The notes under the pieces: generated by a model
What the model saw: only the letters and a program-made list of their open reading frames with translations
The model's database searches: none
Told to the model about the DNA's origin: nothing
Program-made: the position numbers and the translations under genes
Shown here: positions 1 through 7,156 of the stretch, piece after piece
Layout of the letters: every line of letters starts with the position of its first letter
Position numbering within the stretch: the first letter of the stretch is position 1
IMG/VR virus record: IMGVR_UViG_3300025120_000246
Span: 1-34,373 of that record
Strand: one strand, 5' to 3'
DNA from: a virus
Lineage: Duplodnaviria > Caudoviricetes
DNA length: 34,373 nt

Positions 1-414
1 CAAGCTGATGATAAATTGTGGGCTATGCTATCGGATCAAACTAAGACCGATGATAATCGATTACTATTACAGAAAGTTCAAGACGTGGTAGAGCATACCG
101 CAAATAAGGATAACTTTCAAAAACAGGTAGATCGATTAAGAGAGGCGGATGGTATTGTAATTGCCAAACCTAAGGAAGCGGTGAAAGTTTTAAAACAAAC
201 TTTTAACTTTACCGAGATGGAGCATGACTCAATTCTAAATAATTTGTTAAATAGAATTGATGAGACTGAGGGAGCGACGACCAAATGGAAGTTAGCAAAC
301 GCGGTCACCCATTTAGCCCATGAGACTGAGGATTATGACAGAGGAATTGATTACGAGGTAATTGGAAATAAAATCCTAGATTTACCAAACCACTCTCTAT
401 TCGCAGTCGCTTAA
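1..414 (+). CDS. DUF932-like phage protein, 5'-truncated
   Basis: Frame is open from base 1 (QADDKLWAM...). The C-terminal 'TKWKLANAVTHLAH' resembles DUF932-type early phage proteins. Confidence 0.55.
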   Translation, partial: QADDKLWAMLSDQTKTDDNRLLLQKVQDVVEHTANKDNFQKQVDRLREADGIVIAKPKEAVKVLKQTFNFTEMEHDSILNNLLNRIDETEGATTKWKLANAVTHLAHETEDYDRGIDYEVIGNKILDLPNHSLFAVA

Positions 415-482
415 TGATTGAAGTATTTTTAGTTGTAATTATATTTCAAGTAATCATTAAAATCTTTGACGATAAAAAATAA
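414..482 (+). CDS. 22-aa hydrophobic peptide MIEVFLVVIIFQVIIKIFDDKK (not in ORF track)
   Basis: TAATG stop/start overlap with the upstream gene; one TM-like stretch with a charged tail; ends just before the terminator. Confidence 0.5.
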   Translation: MIEVFLVVIIFQVIIKIFDDKK

Positions 483-487
483 TTTAT

Positions 488-525
488 TGGAGCGGGATTT
501 CCGCTCCATAGCTTTTGTTCTTTTT
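488..525 (+). terminator. Rho-independent terminator
   Basis: TGGAGCGG-gattt-CCGCTCCA stem (488-508) followed by a T-rich tract. Confidence 0.75.
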
Positions 526-562
526 ATAGAAAAAAAATTCTTTATATAGAAAAAATAATTTA

Positions 563-599
<37 letters not shown>

Positions 600-632
600 C
601 TCGGGGGGTTTTTCAAAAAACTCAAAAACTCA

Positions 633-730
633 AAAAAGTGTAAGTGCGCTGAAAATTTTTTTCTAAAAAGTGTAATGATTTTTGGAATTTTTTTTCTAAA
701 AAGTGTAAGTGCGCTGAAAATTTTTTTTTT
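633..730. repeat. Three tandem 32-33-bp units (AAAAAGTGTAAGTGCGCTGAAAATTTTTTT; middle unit diverged)
   Basis: Units start at 633, 665 and 698. Units 1 and 3 are identical over about 30 bp. Confidence 0.9.
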
Positions 731-740
731 AAAAATAAAG

Positions 741-770
741 TTGTATTTTTAGAAATATTTATGATAAAAT
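741..770 (+). promoter_or_regulatory. Sigma70-like promoter
   Basis: TTGTAT-18 nt-TAAAAT with an extended TGn; SD-like AAAGGAAG at 781-788. Confidence 0.5.
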
Positions 771-791
771 ATGATAATAGAAAGGAAGAAC

Positions 792-1046
792 ATGACAATA
801 TTATATCCATGTGTTAATCACACAACAATTGAGGGAGGCTATGACATCTCAATTATTGAAACAGAAAAAAGTGTTTACAGCGCTTTTTGTAACAAAGAAG
901 GATATCCGCCTAGGTATCTTTTCAAAGTCCGCAATCCAAAAGTCGATAATAGATATGTGACTAATATTGAAGAGATGCAAAGAGATAGGACAAGAACAAT
1001 GGTTAGACTAGCCATGAAATTTTTAGATAAGGAAAGTATAGCTTGA
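792..1046 (+). CDS. Hypothetical protein (start revised to 792)
   Basis: ORF track 771..1046; AAAGGAAG precedes ATG 792. Confidence 0.7.
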   Translation: MTILYPCVNHTTIEGGYDISIIETEKSVYSAFCNKEGYPPRYLFKVRNPKVDNRYVTNIEEMQRDRTRTMVRLAMKFLDKESIA

Positions 1047-1231
1047 ACACGGAAAAGTATTGGATAAGTAAACACGCAAAAAGAAAGCAAGAGATTGTAT
1101 CACAGCTTGAAAAATATATTAAGGTTAGAAATGTTTCTAAAATTGATATAGTAAACATGAGGTTTGATCACGAGATCGACAGACTCAGAGAAGAATTAAA
1201 TGCAATCAATGAACTTATCAATGTTATTTAA
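1043..1231 (+). CDS. Hypothetical coiled-coil protein
   Basis: TTGA overlap with the upstream stop; followed by a hairpin. Confidence 0.6.
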   Translation: MNTEKYWISKHAKRKQEIVSQLEKYIKVRNVSKIDIVNMRFDHEIDRLREELNAINELINVI

Positions 1232-1234
1232 TCT

Positions 1235-1275
1235 AAATAGGGGGTAAAAACTCCCTATTTTAACTATTTTATTTT
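1235..1275 (+). terminator. Rho-independent terminator
   Basis: AAATAGGGGGT-aaaa-ACTCCCTATTT stem followed by T-rich sequence. Confidence 0.6.
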
Positions 1276-1325
1276 CATATTAAATATTATATAAGTAAAG
1301 AAATTATATTAAAAAGGAGCGAAGA

Positions 1326-1478
1326 ATGTCGAAAGAAGATAAAAAATGGGTGTCTCAGATTATGTCTGTGGAAACTCAAAAACTATTAGATAGAATATGT
1401 AAGGATACTCTAAGAACAAAGCCCACTCAATTATATCTTATTGTTAAAGAGTATTATGATAAATTAGAAAAACTTTAG
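1326..1478 (+). CDS. 50-aa ribbon-helix-helix-like DNA-binding protein (not in ORF track)
   Basis: AAGGAG at 1314-1319. MSKEDKKWVSQIMSVETQKLLDRICKDTLRTKPTQLYLIVKEYYDKLEKL fits the Arc/CopG strand-helix-helix pattern. Confidence 0.7.
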   Translation: MSKEDKKWVSQIMSVETQKLLDRICKDTLRTKPTQLYLIVKEYYDKLEKL

Positions 1479-1513
1479 TATAAATTATTTGTAATTTATG
1501 ATAAATTTTAGGA

Positions 1514-1720
1514 ATGTTGGAGATATTTAAAGATAATCCACACTTCTTTGAGAAGACTATCTATAAGGTCGAATACGTAGACGTACCCGATGAAGAGGAG
1601 CATATTGCTCAAAAAGTATTGGTGAAGTTTACAGATGGATCAGAGAAACTCTATGATTTTAGTTTTTGGAAAAAATTAGTTGAGAGAGGAAAAGAAATTT
1701 TAGAGAGAAGAAGAACTTAG
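1514..1720 (+). CDS. Hypothetical protein
   Basis: 68-aa ORF with an extended -10 element (TGaTAAATT) 6 nt upstream of ATG. Confidence 0.7.
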   Translation: MLEIFKDNPHFFEKTIYKVEYVDVPDEEEHIAQKVLVKFTDGSEKLYDFSFWKKLVERGKEILERRRT

Positions 1721-1738
1721 TTAGTTCTTGCTCTCTCT
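1702..1738. terminator. Possible bidirectional terminator hairpin at convergent stops
   Basis: AGAGAGA-ag-AAGAACT/AGTTCTT-gc-TCTCTCT imperfect stem centred on the overlapping stops at 1717-1720. Confidence 0.4.
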
Positions 1739-1842
1739 TCTATTTGACTGTCTTCAGCCTTATATTCTTTGTAAGCTGTCATTTGCGCAATCACGTCCTG
1801 TAAATATGCGATAATTAGCTTGTTTTCTTGGTTTTCTGTCAT
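1717..1842 (-). CDS. 41-aa hypothetical protein (not in ORF track)
   Basis: AAGGAG-attaaa-ATG; MTENQENKLIIAYLQDVIAQMTAYKEYKAEDSQIEERARTN. Confidence 0.65.
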   Translation of the reverse strand: MTENQENKLIIAYLQDVIAQMTAYKEYKAEDSQIEERARTN

Positions 1843-1961
1843 TTTAATCTCCTTTATTTTGGGGTGAACGACCACTATATCAGACCCAGATATCAAATAT
1901 CTACCTATTTATTTTTATTTTTGTTAAATAAATTTGTTGACTTTTATGTTAGCATTGTTCA

Positions 1962-2174
1962 ATGGCAAAAATATACTTATTTATGATTGTTTGTATGTAT
2001 AATCCCTCACTAAGTCTTGAAGATACTTGTAAGATAGTTCCTATGAAAGACCCTTTTAATAGTATGAGAGAGTGTTTAAACATGGGTGCAATGTTAAAAA
2101 CTAAAATAGAGTTAGAGATGATGAATGCCTATCCAACTGCCTTTTGTTCTGAAAAATATTTTACTTCTGCTTAA
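1962..2174 (+). CDS. Small Cys-containing exported or membrane-anchored protein
   Basis: Hydrophobic N-terminus, four Cys; TGtTAGCAT 6 nt upstream of ATG. Confidence 0.65.
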   Translation: MAKIYLFMIVCMYNPSLSLEDTCKIVPMKDPFNSMRECLNMGAMLKTKIELEMMNAYPTAFCSEKYFTSA

Positions 2175-2523
2175 GCCATTTAGAGAGTCCCGATCTAGTA
2201 GGGTGAACTTTCCACGAGTCGCTGCCCACGACCACCAAAACAACATTCATTTGCTTCTGAAGTGTACTCGGTGACCGATAAATTTCATGTCCAATCTGTC
2301 TTCTTTTACTTTTTGTCTTTCTTCTTGATTTGGTTTTAACATCAATGCGAAATGTTTCGTTGTCAGGAGAGATTGCCACAATGTCAATAATTCCATTGGG
2401 AGCTACATTTTGAAATACTAGAAAGCCCTGCTCCAAAAGATATTGAACAGCTTTGAGCTCTGATACTATTCCCTTAACATGTTTATCATTTATGTGACTA
2501 GTCGAGATTTTTTTTATTGTCAT
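2161..2523 (-). CDS. PD-(D/E)XK endonuclease / Holliday junction resolvase-like
   Basis: G..SE...YL...GF.VF...IDIVA...IDVKT catalytic pattern. Confidence 0.8.
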   Translation of the reverse strand: MTIKKISTSHINDKHVKGIVSELKAVQYLLEQGFLVFQNVAPNGIIDIVAISPDNETFRIDVKTKSRRKTKSKRRQIGHEIYRSPSTLQKQMNVVLVVVGSDSWKVHPTRSGLSKWLKQK

Positions 2524-2776
2524 CAGAATATAATTTAAGAGGAATTGTCATTCTGTGTATAATAGAACTTTTATAAAGTACAATTGTGCGTCCACCCTCT
2601 TTGTCCTGTCTAATCATGGAAGCCATTAATTTTAATTCATCTTTATTTTCTTGAAGAACCCATCCTACCTCATCGCATATAGCAGTTTTTAGTTTTTTCA
2701 TATCACCGTATGTATGCCATCCAGATTCCTCTTCGACAGTGTCTCTCCAGACAACATACTCAAGCTGATAATCCAT
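2498..2776 (-). CDS. Conserved-type phage hypothetical protein
   Basis: VVWRD...GW...VGWVL pattern; TATAAT 6 nt upstream of ATG. Confidence 0.7.
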   Translation of the reverse strand: MDYQLEYVVWRDTVEEESGWHTYGDMKKLKTAICDEVGWVLQENKDELKLMASMIRQDKEGGRTIVLYKSSIIHRMTIPLKLYSDDNKKNLD

Positions 2777-2800
2777 ATTAAAATTATATGGAAATATTGT

Positions 2801-3427
2801 TTATTTTAAAGTGTTTTGACCTGGAACTAATTTCTCAAAAACCTTAATCTTTTCAAGGGTTTTACCTGTATACCAAGTTTGCTCATGACTCATATTTACT
2901 CCTAAACCTGTAATTTTTAAGTCGGAGAGAGTAACATTAACCGCCTCCGCTACAGAGGCTAGACTGTAGTCATCCCCAAACATTACACCATCATTTTTTA
3001 ATTTAGGCCACCAATTTCGTATGTCATCCATGACTGGCTCATATTCATGGGCTCCATCAACCATAATGTAATCAATACTAGATTCTTCAAATTGTTCCAA
3101 TATCCTAGGATCATCTGATCTTCCCTGACAAACAACTACCATTCCTTTCTCAATAAAAAATTCTAAGTTTTGTTTAAACGTTGATGAAAAATCTTTTGGT
3201 ATATTCAAACTTGCGTGTTCCGATGATCCTGTAAAAGTATCCACCGAATAAATTTTTACATTTTCTTTACCAGCATTATACAATGCCGTTGCTAAATAGT
3301 GAGTAGATCTCCCTAAAAAAGAACCTATCTCTACAATTTTTCCATCATCTTTAATTTGATCAACAATGATGTCGTAAGTCTCTGAATAGTTAAACCATCC
3401 TGGTATTTTAAAATAACTGTGTTTCAT
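2801..3427 (-). CDS. Class I SAM-dependent methyltransferase (Methyltransf_24-like)
   Basis: VEIGSFLGRS motif I, VDTF, IMVDGAHEY, W..LK.DGVMFGDDY. Confidence 0.88.
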   Translation of the reverse strand: MKHSYFKIPGWFNYSETYDIIVDQIKDDGKIVEIGSFLGRSTHYLATALYNAGKENVKIYSVDTFTGSSEHASLNIPKDFSSTFKQNLEFFIEKGMVVVCQGRSDDPRILEQFEESSIDYIMVDGAHEYEPVMDDIRNWWPKLKNDGVMFGDDYSLASVAEAVNVTLSDLKITGLGVNMSHEQTWYTGKTLEKIKVFEKLVPGQNTLK

Positions 3428-3615
3428 TTTTTATTTCCTTCATTTATTTCCATTATTGATTGTGTATTTGTAAAATAATTTCTTCCTAATAATTTACTAA
3501 CCAACCTTCTTTGTTGTTTTCTTTGATTCTCAGCGTGTTTTGAATTTTCTGAAGACCTACGGTCACTATATTCATAAACGGGTTTCTTTTGTAATATATA
3601 CTTCCTATTTCTCAT
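3424..3615 (-). CDS. Hypothetical basic protein
   Basis: ATGA overlaps on both sides. Confidence 0.6.
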   Translation of the reverse strand: MRNRKYILQKKPVYEYSDRRSSENSKHAENQRKQQRRLVSKLLGRNYFTNTQSIMEINEGNKK

Positions 3616-3797
3616 TCTTTTAATTTTTCTGTTATAGTTTCAGCTAACTCTAAAGCAGTCTCATGTATAATATTAGCCATAGCCCACTTTTCGTACTTAT
3701 CTAAACTTTCTTGCATTTTAATTAATTCATTAAAACATTCACAAGCTTCTTTCAGCTTCTTGTGATCTATTTTTTCACGGTTAGGACTTAATATCAT
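3612..3797 (-). CDS. Hypothetical protein (start revised to 3797)
   Basis: ATGA overlap with the helicase stop. Confidence 0.6.
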   Translation of the reverse strand: MILSPNREKIDHKKLKEACECFNELIKMQESLDKYEKWAMANIIHETALELAETITEKLKE

Positions 3798-5254
3798 ATT
3801 AACCACTCCTTAAATTCTTCACCAAGTATTTCACTGGCGATGTTAATTTTAGAACGTAAACTTTTAATAATATTTTCGTCTACCGTTCCCTCACAGACTA
3901 AGTCAACATACGTCACTTTATCCTCTGTTCCTATTCTATGATTTCTAGCTTCAGCTTGCTCTCTGATTTCTAGATCATAATCGTTAGAATAAAATATCAT
4001 AGTTTTAGCTATATTCAAAGTTAAGCCATAACCTCCTGTTCGCGGATGACCTACCAAAAATCTCATATGGTGTTCAGGATCTTTAAATCTTTTTAATATT
4101 TTAGGTCTCTCTGTGCTGGGAGTCTCTCCATAAAAACCCTCCGCTGACCCCTGACCGTATTTCTTGTCCAGCGTTTCAATAACCTTTCTAATATTATGGC
4201 GATACGAACACCAGATAATTACCTTTCCGTCTACCTCCTCAATTGTATCGAGTAATTCTTTTAATCTATTCTCAGAAAAATCAATCAAACCTCCCTCATC
4301 GGTAGTCATATATCCACAGGCAATTTGATGTAATCTTTTTAATTGAGCAATCAAAGTAGCAGTTGTTAGTTGCTCCCCATCAATCTCCGCTAAAGCAACA
4401 CTCTTCATCATGACGTAAGCCTTTAATTGTTTATCGGACATCGGTACGCGTCTCTTCATATAAATTTTATCAGGTAAATCTAAAGCCTCTGCCTTTGTTA
4501 CGCGGTAAGAGAACTGCTGTATTTTATCTGTTAGCTCCTCCAACCGTTTGTATCCTGTTACCTTATTAAAGCTTCGCCCACCAAAGTTTAGTTTTACTTG
4601 GTTACAGTAGCGCGCTCTAAAAGAGTAAATAGAACTAAAGCCGAGCAGGTCTTCACTGAGAAAGGCACACTGACCATATAAGTCTTCAGGTGATTTTGTA
4701 ATTGGTGATCCTGTAAGAATGGTTCGATATTTTGCAAATGTTCCGATCTTAATACATCTCTTTGTTCTTTGAGCAGACATATTTTTAATAATGGTTGACT
4801 CATCAATACACATTAAAGTTTTATCAACGAGAGTAAATTTTTCTGCAACACTCGATCCAAACTTAGTAATGACTGAGTCAATGTTCATAATTAAAATTTT
4901 TAGTTTTTGATCTGTAGCAAACAAAACTTTTTTAATTTCATTTTGTTCTTTCTTTGTTTTTGCTCCCTCCCAAACGTGAACATCATAGTCAATATGTTCA
5001 GCTAAATGTTTTTCTAATTCCTCTCTCCAATTATATTTTATACCATTAGGGCAGATGACAAGTAGCTGATTTATTTTTCCGTTATCAAAAAGAATAGATA
5101 TTCCATCAATAAGAACTTTGGTTTTACCGCACCCCATTTCCATAAATAAAGCATACTCAGGTGAATTTTTTTCAAATTGATTAAGCATTCCCGCCAAACC
5201 AACAAGCTGATGCTCCATAGGCTTAGTTTTAAACTTGTATTTATTTAACAGCAT
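3794..5254 (-). CDS. SNF2-family (SF2) helicase/ATPase
   Basis: EMGCGKT Walker A, IDEST Walker B, LTGSP, GGYGLTL, QAEARNHRIG. Confidence 0.92.
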   Translation of the reverse strand: MLLNKYKFKTKPMEHQLVGLAGMLNQFEKNSPEYALFMEMGCGKTKVLIDGISILFDNGKINQLLVICPNGIKYNWREELEKHLAEHIDYDVHVWEGAKTKKEQNEIKKVLFATDQKLKILIMNIDSVITKFGSSVAEKFTLVDKTLMCIDESTIIKNMSAQRTKRCIKIGTFAKYRTILTGSPITKSPEDLYGQCAFLSEDLLGFSSIYSFRARYCNQVKLNFGGRSFNKVTGYKRLEELTDKIQQFSYRVTKAEALDLPDKIYMKRRVPMSDKQLKAYVMMKSVALAEIDGEQLTTATLIAQLKRLHQIACGYMTTDEGGLIDFSENRLKELLDTIEEVDGKVIIWCSYRHNIRKVIETLDKKYGQGSAEGFYGETPSTERPKILKRFKDPEHHMRFLVGHPRTGGYGLTLNIAKTMIFYSNDYDLEIREQAEARNHRIGTEDKVTYVDLVCEGTVDENIIKSLRSKINIASEILGEEFKEWLI

Positions 5255-5285
5255 GGTAATTATTATTCTAAGAGAGAATTATTAC

Positions 5286-5636
5286 ATGAGTGAAAGTAAA
5301 AGTAAAGTCTATGTAATACAAAAGGTATTACGTAAACACAATGATGGAACCTTGAGAGGACTTGATTTTTCTCAAGCGGAAAGATTTGGAGAGATAATTT
5401 ATTTGTTTGATAGCCAAAAACAAGTAGTGATGTCTCCGCAACCCACAATTAGAAAAATAAAACAGATCTTAAAAAACTTTAAAGACACTGATTATTTAGT
5501 ACTTGTGGGAGATCCTGCATTAATAGGGTTGACATGTGCCGTTGCAAGCACTATATCTAATGGTAGATATAATATGTTAAAATATGATAGATTAGAAAGA
5601 GATTACTTTCCTATCAGAGTTGACATAAACGAATAA
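5286..5636 (+). CDS. Conserved-type phage hypothetical protein (start revised to 5286)
   Basis: AERFGEI...DYLVLVGDP alpha/beta pattern; divergent from the helicase across 31 bp. Confidence 0.7.
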   Translation: MSESKSKVYVIQKVLRKHNDGTLRGLDFSQAERFGEIIYLFDSQKQVVMSPQPTIRKIKQILKNFKDTDYLVLVGDPALIGLTCAVASTISNGRYNMLKYDRLERDYFPIRVDINE

Positions 5637-5651
5637 GAAAGGAAAACAGTA

Positions 5652-6191
5652 ATGTTAGATTTACGAAAAGAGAAAAGCGATTTTGAAGTCAGTGAAGTTG
5701 ATCCGATATCAAAAGCATGTCAGGAACAATTAAAAATAGAGAAAGAAATTGACGATTTAGAGTCTTTAATGAAGGTAAAAAAAGACCTGCTCAAACAAAA
5801 TGGAGAACAAATTGTTTCTTTAATGGAAGAGCGTGGTGTTAAATCGATTAAGATGTCAGATGGACAATCTGTAGACATCAAACCATTTTATACTGGAAGC
5901 ATATCTAAAGATAATCAAGAGGCAGCGTTTGATTGGCTTCGTGAACACGGGTATGATGATATTATAAAAAATCAAGTTGTCTTAAAATTTGGTAGAGCAG
6001 AAGATGAAAAGGCTGATCAAATTTATAGTGACTTGGCAAGTAAAGGTTTAGACGCTGATAGAAATATCAAAGTTGAACCTATGACTCTCAAAGGTTTCAT
6101 TCGTGAAATGATTGAGAACGGTAAAGACATCCCAATGGAAACATTTGGTGTTTATGTCGGACATAAAATTAACATCAAGAAAGGTAAGTAA
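5652..6191 (+). CDS. Replication-module protein (coiled-coil N-terminus)
   Basis: AAAGGAAA SD; 'AFDWLREHGYDDIIK' family typically found upstream of the SSB in such phages. Confidence 0.75.
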   Translation: MLDLRKEKSDFEVSEVDPISKACQEQLKIEKEIDDLESLMKVKKDLLKQNGEQIVSLMEERGVKSIKMSDGQSVDIKPFYTGSISKDNQEAAFDWLREHGYDDIIKNQVVLKFGRAEDEKADQIYSDLASKGLDADRNIKVEPMTLKGFIREMIENGKDIPMETFGVYVGHKINIKKGK

Positions 6192-6194
6192 AAT

Positions 6195-7061
6195 ATGTCA
6201 GAGAAAAGTAAAACACAACAAGTAGTAAAAGAAGAAAAGAAAAGCGTAGCTGTATTTGATAATTCAATTTTGAGAAAAGCTGGTGCATCTTTAAATGAGA
6301 GAGATGCAGAAGATTATCAGATACCCTATCTAAAAGTTATTGTATCTGCTTCTCCACAAAGAAAAAAAGATAACAATAATTATATTCAAGGTGCCGAAGA
6401 GGGTATGATTTTTAATAGTGTTACATCAAAGCTTTACGATAATTTGACTGTTCTACCTGTATACTATCGAAGAAGATATACAGAGTGGCATACAGACAGA
6501 GATAAAGCGACGAGTCCTTTAAATATTTATACCATTGAAGAATACGAGAAAATGAAGAGAGATGGTAGAGTGTTTAGAAATGAGAATAACATAGAGATTT
6601 TAGATGGTGGTGAGACTTACGTTCAAAACACTGCTGAACACTATGTGATTGTCGTTGAGGAAGACGGAAGTTGGAATCAAGCTATTATCAAAATGAAATC
6701 TACTCAGCTAAAAAAATCTAGAACATGGAATTCTATAATGGCTAATCAAAGAAGAATTGATGGTGATGAAATTTATCAACCTAAAGATTTTGCTAGATCA
6801 TATAAACTTTCTACAAAATCAGTGCCTGGTAAAAAAGGTGACTACTATGATTGGGTAATCAATCAGGGTGACTGGATTGATGAAATGGATAATCCAAATA
6901 TTGAAAAAATATTTAATGATGCCGTTAAATTTGAAAAGGCTATTCATAAAGGTGAGGTATCTGGTGTAGAAGAAGATACTTCCGATGAACAAGTTTCTCC
7001 GCAAAAGGGTCGCGGAGATGCCTCGAAGAGTGGTGACTCGGAGTCCGATTTACCATTCTAG
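6195..7061 (+). CDS. Putative ssDNA-binding protein
   Basis: Position in the replication operon; beta-rich; acidic disordered tail ending SDLPF. Confidence 0.65.
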   Translation: MSEKSKTQQVVKEEKKSVAVFDNSILRKAGASLNERDAEDYQIPYLKVIVSASPQRKKDNNNYIQGAEEGMIFNSVTSKLYDNLTVLPVYYRRRYTEWHTDRDKATSPLNIYTIEEYEKMKRDGRVFRNENNIEILDGGETYVQNTAEHYVIVVEEDGSWNQAIIKMKSTQLKKSRTWNSIMANQRRIDGDEIYQPKDFARSYKLSTKSVPGKKGDYYDWVINQGDWIDEMDNPNIEKIFNDAVKFEKAIHKGEVSGVEEDTSDEQVSPQKGRGDASKSGDSESDLPF

Positions 7062-7074
7062 CTTACTAGCGCAG

Positions 7075-7135
7075 GATACGGCAGTCCCTGCTATATTATT
7101 TCTCCTCGTTTATGTTAATTGGGGGTTGCCGTATC
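7075..7135 (+). ncRNA. Intergenic structured RNA: 14-15-bp stem with anti-SD loop
   Basis: GAUACGGCAGUCCC pairs with GGGGUUGCCGUAUC (two G-U pairs); the loop contains UUUCUCCUC. Confidence 0.5.
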
Positions 7136-7156
7136 ATTTATTAAGGGAACCAATAA

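Noticed and set aside
622-810. 62-aa minus-strand ORF
   Set aside because: Translation of the tandem repeat/promoter region (HLHFLEKK repeats) with no RBS.
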